42,881 bases of DNA, from the NCBI RefSeq assembly GCF_004010195.1, contig NC_057752.1, positions 7,586,740 through 7,629,620 on the forward strand, in the 5' to 3' direction. Shown here piece after piece: positions 10,765 through 22,149 of this stretch (position 1 is its first letter; every line of letters starts with the position of its first letter). The notes beneath the pieces were generated by a model, which worked only from the letters and a program-made list of their open reading frames with translations, did not search any database and was not told where the DNA came from. Position numbers and translations under genes: made by a program. Source of the stretch: Chiloscyllium plagiosum (lineage: Eukaryota).

Positions 10765-10900
10765 CTACTCTACCTATTTTTCCTTCTTTCCTTTCGAATT
10801 GTCAATTACCCTTGGAAATCCAGTTACCCAGCCTGGGTCACCTTGCAACCATGTCTATGTAAATGGCTATTATATCAAACCCAGTCATTTCTATTTGTTA
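10765..10900 (-). mobile_element. Old CR1 ORF2 endonuclease N-terminal remnant
   Basis: Minus strand resembles FDIIAI(T/E)TWLQGDPGW, the AITETW motif region, with a frameshift. Confidence 0.55.
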
Positions 10901-11101
10901 TCAATTCATCTTTCTTATTACAAATGCTACATACATCCAGATAAAGAGCCTTTAATTCTCTCTCTTTTTAGCATTTATCCCGACTCTGATCCAACTTCAT
11001 TGTCCATTTGTACAATCTGTCCTTTCCTGCCACATTCTGGTGATCATTGTTATTTCACTATCCTGCTCTATTGTCTTGACCTTTCTCTAAATTTCTTCCC
11101 C

Positions 11102-11209
11102 TCACCTGTATCATTTTGCCCAATTAAAGTTCAAGTGACATTTTTCAGCCAAGGGAAAATTAATTTAGGCAAATTCATTGAAAAATCCATTATTTCGACA
11201 CTTAGTCAT
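11102..11209. repeat. ~110 bp diverged direct repeat, copy 2
   Basis: Matches 9160-9268. Confidence 0.9.
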
Positions 11210-12124
11210 ACCAATTTTGTTACACAAACATTGATGAAAATAGTGCCATTCACTCTTTACATCGTGCAAGTGTTTGCATTTGTCTTATATCAGCTTTGAT
11301 ACAGCTGAATACTTTGAATGACATATATCTTCATTAAATTAAAGCTGCCAAGCCTGAGGGACACAAAAATGTGATATTCACGAGCATGTCAACACTTTTT
11401 TTTAATTGGGCAAAGGAATCATTAGAAACTGATTTTTTTTATGTAAGGAAAGGGTATTTTGCTGAAATGTTCATTCGCACATGAAATGAGCTCAACACAT
11501 AAAATTGTTGCCATAAGGCGTGCACACCACTGACTGAATTGAATGATTTTGCAGATTTAACTTTTAGCTCATTTAAATTTTAGCTCTTCCACCTACCGTT
11601 AAATGAAAGCTGAATGGAAAGGTCATGTGGATTAGTAGAAGGTTGCTGTGCTAGAGCACCCTGCAGCGTAATGCATTTACACTTTGCCTTAAGATAAGTT
11701 ATGGACTTTTTTTAATCTAATGTCAACTTCAATCTGAGGGGCATCATTGATGCATCACCAAGGCCTTTTGGGGAGTATTAGATGGGACATATGTGTATGC
11801 ATGACTTTGTGTGGTTGAATTGGCATTTTGGTTTATAAGTGGGTAAAATGTATATCAAGTAAATTCCTACGCTTTTAATGGATCTTCTTAATGTTTTTTT
11901 CCTTAAAATTTGACACTTTTGATTCCAAATAGAGGCACACTAACCAGAAGAATGCTGATATTTCTCTTTGCAATGGACTCTTTTAATGAATGGGTTAAAG
12001 TTTTATTGGTGATAAGTTGTAAGGAAAGCAGTTGAACCAAGAAATATCAAAATGGCAGTCTAATTAAATCTACTATGACTTTGACATTAAATGTTCTGTA
12101 TTTGACTGATATCATTATATCTGA

Positions 12125-12920
12125 AGGAAGGCTCTCTGGTCCATCAAGCTTGCGCTGATCAAAAACAACCATCCCATTTCCCAGCACTTGGCCCATAGTC
12201 TTGTCTGCTTTGGCATTGCAAGCGCGCATCTAAATATTTCTTAAATATTATGAAGATTTCTGCCTGTACAACCCTTACAGGTGGTGAATTCTAGACTCTC
12301 ACCACCCTCTGGGTGAAAAAGAAATCCTCATATCCCCTCTAAGCTGTCTGCCCCTTACCTTAAATCTCTTCCCCTGCCCCAATTCATTGATCCCTCATCA
12401 AGAGGAAATGTTTCTTCCAGTCTACCCTATCTATGCCCCTCATAATCTGATATATGTCAACCAAGTCCCCTCCCAATCTCCTCTGTTGTAAGGAAAACAA
12501 CCCTGGTCTGTCCAATCTCTCTTCATAACTGAAACTCTCCAGCCCAGGCAACGTTCTGGTGAATCTCTCCTGCACCCTCTCCAGTGCTATCACATCCTTC
12601 CTGTAATGCGGATTCCAGAACTGCACGCAATAATCCAGCTGTGGCTTGACCAACATTTTATACAATTCCAAAGTCACTTTCCTGCTCTTAAACTCTATGC
12701 CTCAGCTAATTAAGGCAAGTACCAAAACTGCCGCCTTAACTACATTATTCACCTGCCCCACTCCCTTAAGTGACTAGTGGAAATGCATACCAAGGTCCCT
12801 GTGATCCTCGATGCTTCCCATGGTGTTACTGCTCATCAGATATTCCCTTGCCTTGTTTGTCCTGCCCAAGTGCATCACCTCACACTTATCTGGATTGAAT
12901 TCCATTTGCCACTGATCAGC
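12125..12920 (-). mobile_element. CR1 LINE 3' fragment
   Basis: ORF 12384..12677 reads LYKMLVKPQLDYCVQFWNPHYRKDVIALERVQERFTRTLPGL. Confidence 0.92.
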
Positions 12921-13344
12921 ACTTAAGCAGTTATTATAGAAGAGAAGAAAAGCTCTGGAGACCTCAAAACCAGTAGAAGCTGTTCAAAAAAATGATACTG
13001 AATGATACCAATGATGTCAATTTTGATATTCCTGACTGCCTGCCCTTTTTCGTCATCTAGTTGAACCCCTTATTCCCCGAATGAACATCAATGTTGAGAA
13101 TATTGATCAGTTTATCATTCTTAGTTTAAAAATGCAGAATTCATCATTATTATATTTTAACAGTTGTAAGAGAATGATTAACAAAAACAAAGCCATTTAC
13201 TTCATTGTGTATCTTATTTATTTCAGTAATTAACTTTATATTATCAATTTCAATAGGTTTTAAAAAAAGTGAACTTATCCATCAACATATGTTTGCCTTT
13301 CCATGATACAAATAGCTGACTTGTCGCCGGTAAGTTTTTGCATT

Positions 13345-13500
13345 TTCTTTCTTCACTCATGGAACATGAGCAACACTGGCTGGGCCAGCATTTGTCTGTC
13401 CCTAGTTGCCCTTGAGAAGGTGGTGATGGGCTGCCTTCTTAAACCGCTGCAGTCCATCTGCTGTAGGTAGATCCACAATGCCATTTAGGAAGGGAATTCC
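13345..13500 (-). mobile_element. 3' end of Jockey-group LINE
   Basis: Matches 15125-15275 (GCTGGGCC.AGCATTT, GCCCTTGAGAAGGTGGTG, AACCGCTGCAGTCCA). Confidence 0.8.
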
Positions 13501-13994
13501 CTAATGTGAGTATGTGAGGTGCCACTTGAATTTGTTTGGGGGGCCGTGAATGAAATATTTGTCAGGGTACCTTGCACTTTGGCTCTGTAACCTAACAGGG
13601 CCTCTATATACTCCAAACCGTTCTTGTCCGCTTTGTTAAATCTAGATTGCATCATTGACTCAGATCTGTGTATTTCTAGGTGAACAAAATATGTCCCATT
13701 TTATGCCAGTTATCTGCTGATTTAACAGCTTAAGAAATGTGAAATAAATGTTTATGTTGGCTGAAATCAACCAATGTATCCAAAATTTGATCATGGCCAT
13801 CAAATATGATTGATAAATTGAGAAATTTACTCCTTTACTCCACTATGTTCTTTTGTTCCTTGCCCCACTTAGACTGTGAAGCATACAATGCCTCTAGTTT
13901 ATCATTAACCATTAGCAAGTGTGGCAAATGTGTTCCACTGGAACTGAGGATATTGCAAAGTGTAAAGGAAGAAAGCATGAACAGGGCTCTGCAT

Positions 13995-14082
13995 TGGATG
14001 ATCAGCCATGATCATATTGAATGGTGGAACAGGCTTGAAGGGCTGGATAGCTACTCCTGCTCTTGTTTTCTATGTTTTTATG
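13995..14082 (+). mobile_element. CR1-type 3' tail fragment
   Basis: GATCAGCCATGATCATATTGAATGGTGGAACAGGCTTGAAGGGC..TACTCCTGCTC..TTTCTATGTT; a homologue lies on the minus strand at 33300-33370. Confidence 0.7.
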
Positions 14083-14103
14083 TTGTGAGGCTATTGTACT
14101 AAC

Positions 14104-14327
14104 TGTAATGAGGTCAGCCAGGTGGACTTCACAAAATATGAGAGCCCTGATTGGGCTGTCAATCTGTTCCAATCAGGGAACCCTGGCTGACAGATATAAA
14201 CAAGAGTGTCAGAGGTTGTTCACTATGAGAACTGGCTCTGAGGGAGCTGGGACAATATTAAGGACCCTCTGTGTATAAATAAAAGGTGACCTGATGATGG
14301 GATATCAGCCTCTGGGCAGGTATTTCA
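14104..14327 (+). mobile_element. Solo LTR (Gypsy-type)
   Basis: TGTAAT...ATTTCA termini, TATAAA and AATAAA inside. The 5' part resembles the LTRs at 22268 and 23183. Confidence 0.78.
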
Positions 14328-14949
14328 GCTAGAGGAAAGGCAGGGTTGGAATGAGTAAGAATTTTAACCTGCATCTGAAATTGCTATTTCTGCCTGGAAG
14401 CAATTCCTCCTAATACAAAGGGACAGCGAAGCATTCCATCTCTAGCTCTGATGTCCCACACCTTGACTAGTGCAAAAATAAATTTAAAATTACATTAGAA
14501 TAATTCAAATTTTTAAAAATTAATGTCTTTGCAAAAGACTTCTCAAAATTCTCAGCATATAATTAGGGTAAAAATGTGTGGTGGGATTAATTCATTTGCC
14601 TTCAATTACTTGCTGCATCTTTCATTTAATTATTGCTATGTTATCTGACACCTTAAGTTTAGTCATCTTTGAAATCAATGTTTTCCTCATAATTAGTTTG
14701 AAATTCTAGATTTCTCTGGGACAGCTAGATGGTCCCACTTACCATAAGTTAATGAGGAGAAAAAGGAATAGAGCAGGGTTGTTCAACTTTTTCATGCGAG
14801 GGGCTACATTTTAATCTTTTTCTCTCTCAAGGGGCCAATGAGAAAAATTTGGATAAATAGGGCTTGCCACAATATTAAATATGAATTTGAAAATAAATGT
14901 TGAGATATGAAGCAAGTGTGAATAATTTACTGAGCAAAGTAATTTGCAG

Positions 14950-15108
14950 ATGCAGTGGCACAATGGTAATGTCACTGGTCAATGTTATGGGGTTCGAATA
15001 CCACTTTGGCAGATGATGAAATTTGAATGCAATAAGAATCTGGCCTGATGGTGACAGTGTAACCAATACTGATTATTGTAAAAATCCATCTGGTTCACAA
15101 ATGTCCTT
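14950..15108 (+). mobile_element. tRNA-headed Deu-domain SINE (SacSINE1-like), 5' half
   Basis: A box TGGCACAATGG, B box GGTTCGAATACC, then CCATCTGGTTCACAAATGTCCTTT. Colinear with the copy at 30585-30895. Confidence 0.75.
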
Positions 15109-15720
15109 TTTTTGTAAATGTATTCATTTGTGTGATGTGGGCATCGCTAGCTGGGCCCAGCATTTATTGCCTGTCCCTGGATGCCCTTGAGAAGGTGGTG
15201 CTGAGCTGCCGCCTTGAACCGCTGCAGTCCACCTGCTGTGGGTTGACCCACAGTGCCATTATAGAGGGAATTCCAGGATTTGGACCCAGCGATAGTGAAG
15301 GAATGGTGATACATTTCCAAGTCAAGATGGAGTGGCTTGGAGGAGAACTTGAAGATGGATGGTGTTCCCACTTATCTGTTGCACTTGTCCTTCAAGATGG
15401 AAGTGGTCATGGATTTGGAAGGCGCTATCTGCCAATCCTTGGTGAATTTCTGCAGTGCATCTTTTAGATAGTACACACTGCTGCTGCTGAACATTGGTGG
15501 TGGAGGGAGCAGATGCTTGTGAATGTGGTGCCAATCAAGCAGGCTGTTTTGTCCTGGATGGTGTTGAGCTTCTCGAGTGTTGTTGGAGTTGCACTTATCC
15601 AGGCAAGTGGGGAGTATTCCATCACACTCTTGACTTGTGCCTTGTAGATGGTAGACAGGCTTTGGAGATGAGAGTGTGGTGCTGGAAAAGCACAGCAGGT
15701 CAGGCAGCATCCGAGGAGCA

Positions 15721-15760
15721 GGAAAATCAACGTTTCGGGCAAAAGCCCTTCATCAGGAAT
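15721..15760 (-). ncRNA. Minimal hammerhead ribozyme motif
   Basis: Minus strand reads ATTC-CTGATGA-AGGGC TTTT GCCC-GAAAC-GTT-GATT. Confidence 0.75.
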
Positions 15761-18110
15761 GAGGCTAAGGGCCTCGGAGGTGGGGGGAAGGTAGCTGAGC
15801 GTGTGATAGGTGGATGGAAGTAATGGTGATAGGTCGGAGGGGAGGGTGGAGCAGATGGGTGGGAAGCAAGATGGGCAGGTCATGAGGGCGGTGCTGAGTC
15901 GAAAGGTTGCAACTAGGGTAAGATGGATGTGGAAGGCTCCTTTGGGGCCTTGGATGGAAGTAAGGGGGGAGGTGTGGGCACAGGTTTTGCAATTCCTGTG
16001 GCAGGGGAAGGTGCTGACAGGGGAGGGTGGGTAGTTGGGGGATGTGGACCTGACCAGGTAGTTGCGGAGGGAACGGTCTTTACAGAAAGCAGGTAGGAGT
16101 GGGGAGGGAAATATATCTCTGGTGGTGGGGTCCGTTTGTAGGTGGTGGGAATAACATAGGATGTATATGATGCTTAAGTGTCCAGGCGCCAACTTGAAGA
16201 CACCTCCACCTACCGCCCCCTCGACCACTACCTCATCTCCTACCACCAAGCCATCATCTCCCAGACCGTACACAACCTCCTCACCTCAGGGGATCTCCCA
16301 CCCACAGCTTCCAACCTCATAGTTCGGGAACCCTGCACTGCCCGGTTCTACCTCCAACCCAAGGTCCGCAAGCCTGACCACCCTTGCCGACCCATTGTCT
16401 CAGCCTGCTCCTGCCCCACTGAACTCACCTCCACATACTGTCCTATCCCCCCGGTCCAGGAACTCCCCACATACATTCGGGACACCACCCATGTTCTCCA
16501 CCACCTCCAAGACTTTTGTTTCCCTGGCACCCAGTGTCTCATGTTCACCATGGACAGCCAGTCCCTATACACCTCCATCCACTCTGACCAGGGCCTCCAA
16601 GCCCTCTGTTTCTTCCTCTCCCGATATGCCCACCAGTACCCTTCCACTGACACTCTCATTCGTTTGGATGAACTGGTCCTCGCCCTCAATAATTTCTCCT
16701 TTGAATCCTCCCACTTTCTCCAGATGAAAGGGGTAGCCATGGGCCCCAGCTATGCCTGTCTCTTCGTCAGCTATGTAGAACAGTCCATCTTCTGTAGTTA
16801 CACTGGCACCAGTCTCCACCCTTTCCTCTGCTACATTGATGACTGCATCAGCACCACCTCGTGCTCTCACAAGGAGGTTGAACAGTTCATGAACTTCACC
16901 AACACATTCCACCCTGCCTTAAATTCACCTGGATTATCTCAGGTAGCTCCCTCCTCTTCCTGGACACCTCCATCTCCATCAATGGTGACCAATTCAACAT
17001 TGACATCTTCTACAAAGCCACCGACTCCCATAGCTACCTGGATTACGCCTCCTCCCACCCTGCCTCCTGTAAAAATGCTATCCCTTATTCTCAATTCCTC
17101 TGCCTCCACCACATCAGCTCCCAGGAGGACCTGTTCCACCCCAGAACACACCAGATGCCCTCCTTTTTTTTAAGTATCGCAATTTCCTCTCCCACATGGT
17201 GGTTGATCCCTCCAGTGCATCTCATCCACTTTCCGCGCCTCTGCCCTCAAACTCCACCCCTCCAACCGCAACAAGGACAGAACGTCCCTAGTCCTCACCT
17301 TCCACCCCACCAACCTCCGTGTACATCGCATCATCCTTGGCCATTTCTGCCACCTACAAACGGACCCCACCATCAGAGATATATTTCCCTCCCCACTCCT
17401 ATCTGCTTTCCATAAAGACATTTCCTCCACGACTGCCTCGTCAGGCCTAACCCCCCTCCCCCCAACAACCCATCTCCACTCCTAAAATCTTCCCCTGCCA
17501 CCGCAGGAATTGCAAAACCTGCGCCCTCACCTCTGTCCAAGGTCTCAAAGGAGCCTTCCACATCCATCAAAGTTTCACCTGCACTTCCACACATGTCATT
17601 TATTGCATCCGTTGCTCTCGATGCGGTCTCCTCTACGCTACGTTGTGGAGTTAGGATGCCTACTGGTAGAGCACTTCAGAGAACATCTCCGGGACACCCG
17701 CACCAACCAACCCCACCGCCCTGTGGTCGAACACTTCAACTTCCCCTTCCACTCCACCAAGGACATGCAGGTCCTGGGCCTCCATTGCCACTCCCTTACC
17801 ACCCGATGCCTGGAGGAAGCATGCCTCACCTTCTGCTTTGGGACCCTCCAACCCCATGGCATCAATGTGGATTTTACCAGTTTCCTCATTTCTCCACCCC
17901 CCCCAATTTATCCCAGTTCCACCCTTACAGCTCAGTCCCGCACTCATGACTTGTCCTACCTGTCCATCTTCCTTCCCACTTATCCACTCCACCCTCCTCT
18001 CTGACCGATCACCATTACCCCCACCTCCATTCACCTATTGCAGTGTCAGCTACCTTCCCCACAGCCCCACCCCCTCCCATTTATTTCTCCACCTCGAGGC
18101 TCCCAGCCCA

Positions 18111-18150
18111 TTCCTGATGAAGGGCCTTTGCCCGAAGCGTCGATTTTCCT
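18111..18150 (+). ncRNA. Hammerhead ribozyme motif with core mutation (GAAA to GAAG)
   Basis: TTC-CTGATGA-AGGGC CTTT GCCC-GAAGC-GTC-GATT. Confidence 0.65.
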
Positions 18151-18571
18151 GTCCCTCGGATGCTGCCTGACCTGCTGTGGGCTTTTCCAGCACCACACTC
18201 TGGACTCTAATCTCCAGCATCTGCAGTCCTCTCTTTCGCCTAACAGGCTTTGGGGAGTCAGGAAATGCGTTACTCGCCGCAATATTCCTAGCCGCTGACT
18301 TTTTCTTATAGCCATTGTGTTTATGTGGTGAATCCGGTTGAGTTTCTGGTCAGTGATCACCCCCAGGATTGCTAGTCAGGGATTCAGTGATGCTAATACC
18401 ATTGAGTGTCAAGGGGCAGGGATTAGATTGTCTTTTATTGGTGATGGTCATAGCCTGGCATTTGCGTGGCGTGAATGTTACTTGCCACTTGTTAGCCCAA
18501 GCCTGGATATTGTCCAGATCTTGCTGCATTTGGACACTGACTGCTTCACTATCTGAGGAGTCACAAATGGT

Positions 18572-18628
18572 CGGCACGGTGGCACAGTGGTTAGCACTGC
18601 TGCCTCACAGCGCCAGAGACCCGGGTTC
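18572..18628 (+). mobile_element. HE1-type SINE tRNA-derived head only, between 92-bp direct repeats
   Basis: CGGCACGGTGGCACAGTGGTTAGCACTGCTGCCTCACAGCGCCAGAGACCCGGGTTC matches the head of the SINE at 27165-27484. Flanks 18480-18571 and 18629-18720 differ at one base. Confidence 0.9.
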
Positions 18629-19469
18629 ACTTGCCACTTGTTAGCCCAAGCCTGGATATTGTCCAGATCTTGCTGCATTTGGACACTGACTGCTTCAGTA
18701 TCTGAGGAGTCACAAATGGTGCTGAACATTGTGCAATCATTAGTGAACATCCCCACTTAGGACCTTATGATGGAGGGAGGGTCATTGATGAAGCAGCTGA
18801 AGATGGTTGGGCCTACCCTGAGGAGCTCCTGCAGAGATGTTCTGGAACTGAGATGACTGACCTCCAACAACTATAACCATCTTCCTATACATCAGGTATG
18901 ACTTCAACCAGTGGAGAGTTTGCCCCGATACCTACTGATTGCAGTTTTGCTAGGACTCCTTAATGCCACTCTCAGTCAAATGTAGCCTTGATGTCCAGGG
19001 CTGTTGCGCTCACCTCTTCACTGGAATTCAGCTCATTTTTCTGTGTTTGAACCAAGACTGGAATGAGATCAGGAGCGGAGTGACCCTGGCGAAACTGAAA
19101 CCGGGCGTCACTGAGCAGGTGCTGCTCGATAGCGCTGTTGGTGACACCTTCCATCACTTTACTGATGATTGAGAGTAAACTGATGGGGCGATAATTGGCC
19201 AAGTTGGATTTGTCCTGCTTGTTGTGTACAGGACTTACCTGGAAACTTTTCCACATTATCGGGTAGATGCCAGTGTTATAACTGTACTGGAAGAGCTTGG
19301 CTAGGGGAGCAGTAAGTTCTGGAGCACAGGTCTTCAGTACTATTGCCAGAATGTTGTCAGGGCCCAGAGCCTTTGCAGTATCCAGTGTCAATTGTCCACC
19401 ACCATGATGGATGCAGCAGGACTGCAGAGCTTAAATCTGATCTGTTAGTTGTGGGATTGCTTAGCTCTT

Positions 19470-19630
19470 CCTTTTAGGGAAGAAAATCTGCTATCCTTAC
19501 CCGGTCTGGCCTACATGTGACTCCAGACACAGCAATGTGGTTGACTCTTAACTACCCACTGGGCATTTAGTGATAGATAATAAATGCTGGCTTAGCCAGT
19601 GCCAACCATATCCCAGTAATTAATTAAAAT
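19470..19630 (+). mobile_element. Deu-domain SINE, 3' half (continuation of 14950-15108)
   Basis: TTTAGGGAAGAAAATCTGC..GTCTGGCCTACATGTGACTCCAGAC..ATGTGGTTGACTCTTAAC..AATAAATGCTGG. Confidence 0.78.
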
Positions 19631-20009
19631 TAAGCAACTGGTCATTTTTTTGAAAAAGAGTTATAAATAAAGATGACCATTAAGAAGTGGCAGGTAACAG
19701 AGCCAACCAGTAAAAGCTTTTTTTTTTAAATCGTGGTATTTGAGAAGTAAAGCTGGAGTCAGAATCCGATAAGCTCCAAATCCTGGTCACCACGCAAGGG
19801 GGAGGGGACTGAGGCAAAGTTAAGGCTTTAATTAACACTAGCTTAACATTCGCCTTTGGCGGTGTACACGCCATGCTGGCACCAGCAGAATTTATACAAG
19901 AAGCAGATTGTCTTTCAGCCTGAGTTTTCTTCCTGTCCCAATCTGAAGAGGAGAAGTGTGTGTGTTTCTCAGTCTCAGGGTTCACACGTGCTCTCTCACT
20001 CACATTCTC

Positions 20010-21365
20010 TCTCTGAGAAATTTGTCTATCTCAGCCTTGAACATACTTAACAATACAGTTTTGACAACCCTCTGCAGTAAAGAATTCCACAGATACACTA
20101 CCCTCTGAGAGAAGAAATTCCTCCTTATGCCTCCTGATGAAGGGCTTTTGCCTGAAACGTCGATTTTCCTGCTCCTCGGATGCTGCCTGACCTGTTGTGC
20201 TTTTCCAGCACCACTCTGATCTAAACTCTGGTTTCCAGCATCTGCAGTCCTCACTTTTGCCTTAAATGGTTTACCCCTTACTCTGAGATTATCCCCTCTG
20301 GTTCTACGGGCTCCCACCAGGGGAAACAACCTTTCCACATCTACACTGTCAAGTCCACTAAACATCTTATGTTTCAATAAGGTCTCATCTTACTCTTCGA
20401 AAGTCCAATGGGTTCAGGTCCAACCTATGCAACCTCTCCTCATAAGACAGTCCCTCCATACCTAGTATCAGCCTCTCCTCATAAGACAGTCCCTCCATAC
20501 CTGGTATCAGCCTCATGAATCCTCTCTGGACTGCCTCCAATGCCAGTATATCTTTCCATAGATAAATGGCCCAAAACTGTTCACTTGTATTCCAGCTGTG
20601 GTCTGACTAGTGCCTTGTATAGTTCTAGCAACATTTCCCTATTTTATACTCCATTCCCTCTTAAATAAAGGCCAACATTCCATTTGCCTTGCCCTTTACC
20701 TGCTGAACTTGGATACCAACCTTTGATGATTCATGAACGAGAACCCCCAGTTCCTCTGTTCTGTAGTTTTATTCAGTCTTTCTCCACTTAAATAATCTTC
20801 AGCTCTACTATTCTTCCTTCCAAAGTGCATAAGCTCACATTTTTCCCATGTTATATTCCATCTCAAGTTTCCACCAACTCATTGAACTTATCTCTATCCC
20901 TCTACAGACCCCTTGTGTCACCTTCACCACTTGCGTTCCCACCTATTTTTGTGTCATCTGCAAACTTGGCAATAGTACATTCACTTCCAGCATCCAAGTC
21001 ATTAATACATATTGTAAATAATTGTGACCCCAGCACTGATTCCTGTGGCACCCCACTAGTTATAGACTGTCTTCCTAAAAATATTTCCTTTTATCCCAAC
21101 TCTGTCTTCTATCAGTTAGCCAATCCTCTATCCATGTTAATATACTGCCTGTGACAGCCAATGGTGTTATCTTATTAAATAGCCCTGTGTGCAGTATCTT
21201 ATCAAATATCTTTTGAAAATCCAATACAGTACATCTACTTATTCCTCTTTATTCACCCTGCTTGTTACCTCAAAGAATTCTAGTAAATTTGTCAGGCATG
21301 ATTTCTCCTTTATGACACACTGTGCTGACTCTGTTTGATTATGTCATCTGTTTCTAAATGCTGTG
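20010..21365 (-). mobile_element. Decayed CR1 LINE (RT to 3' region)
   Basis: RNFFSQRVVYLWNSL; SGVPQ.SVLG and [10 protein letters not shown] (TCATCTGCAAACTT on +). A 39-bp tandem duplication lies at 20433-20510. Confidence 0.9.
20132..20262 (+). mobile_element. Solo PLE terminal unit beginning at a hammerhead core, inserted in CR1
   Basis: CTGATGA-AGGGC TTTT GCCT-GAAAC-GTC-GA followed by the same tail as 18150-18242. CR1 sequence resumes on both sides. Confidence 0.88.
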
Positions 21366-22149
21366 CTATTTAATCAGCAGTGGGAATCTTAGCAAGCAAA
21401 GTCTAAGCTGGCCTAATTCTCCAAGTACAAGAATTATTGCTTATCTTCGACTACAATCCATCTTCGTCCCAGCTACCAGGAAGAGAAATTACATAAATCA
21501 AGTAAGCTAAAACCAACACCTCTGAATTTTAAGAAACTCATCATTTGTACCTTTTCTTTTCTTCTCTTTCTCTTTCCTTCTACCGTGTGTGTGTGTCTGT
21601 GTGTGTGAATGACGTAGCAAAGCAACTCCCTACATTTTGAATGTTTTGATTTGATTACATCTTAAATGATTTTTGCTGTGAGCTTATTTCTAAACTTGAA
21701 ACACAATAAAAAAGGCTTTAGAGAACATGCCTTGGCCTACTTTAATCAGGGACAGAATAAAAGGGAAACATTTCTTCAAATAATACATCCCAGTCACATG
21801 CGTAAGAGAGGAAAAGCAATAATGCAGCAATGTTTTTATTAACCAGCACCTGTGGAAAATGTGCCGGTTGGTCAAATATTCCGGATAATCAAAGGTACGC
21901 ATAACTGCAGTAAACCCTGACCAAGCAAAGCTTCGAGACATCAACATCCATCAAAAAAAATGTTTAAAACATCAACACACCTCCTAAACTCAATGTAAAA
22001 ATACATATTAAGTAATAGAAATTGAATACTGGGGGTATACACACTGTTATACTTTATTTACAGCATAAATACTCAGACATCGCAGTATTTGAGGTATATA
22101 ATTTTTGCTGGTTTATCAAGAATCCCAGTCAAAACAAAGTTTGCTGCAA

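Larger units (their letters stand above)
15666..18242 (+). mobile_element. Penelope-like element (RT and GIY-YIG) with inverted 3' copy at its 5' side; 11-bp TSD
   Basis: RT motifs RFYLQPKVRKP..RPIVS, MDSQSLYTSI, QMKGVAMG.PSYACLF, YIDD; endonuclease VIYCIRCSRCGLLY. 15666-16150 is an inverted copy of 3' sequence. TSD ACAGGCTTTGG at 15655-15665 and 18243-18253. Confidence 0.93.
15109..19465 (-). mobile_element. Jockey-group (CR1-like) LINE, RT to 3' end, interrupted by a PLE and a SINE head
   Basis: ORF 18972..19391 LDTAKALGPDNI..NYRPISLLSIISKVME..FRQGHSAPDL..LDIKATFD; also MFTNDCTMF, QQDLDNIQAWANKWQVTF, IYKAQVKSVMEYSPLAW. Confidence 0.9.

Noticed and set aside
14775..14840. CAGGGTTGTTCAAC.. 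as a possible hAT transposon terminus
   Set aside because: No matching second terminal repeat or 8-bp TSD was found.
15464..16273. 269-aa minus-strand ORF as a novel gene
   Set aside because: Chance read-through across antisense PLE RT, the inverted PLE arm and LINE sequence.
16178..17173. 331-aa RT ORF as an active or domesticated gene
   Set aside because: 5'-truncated, motifs eroded, and frameshifted near 16920 before the endonuclease.
18572..18628. tRNA gene
   Set aside because: It matches the SINE head at 27425-27484 and stops within the B box, with no acceptor stem or terminator.
20433..20514. 39-bp tandem repeat as an array or CRISPR-like structure
   Set aside because: Two adjacent units with no spacer and CCTC microhomology; an ordinary slippage duplication in CR1.
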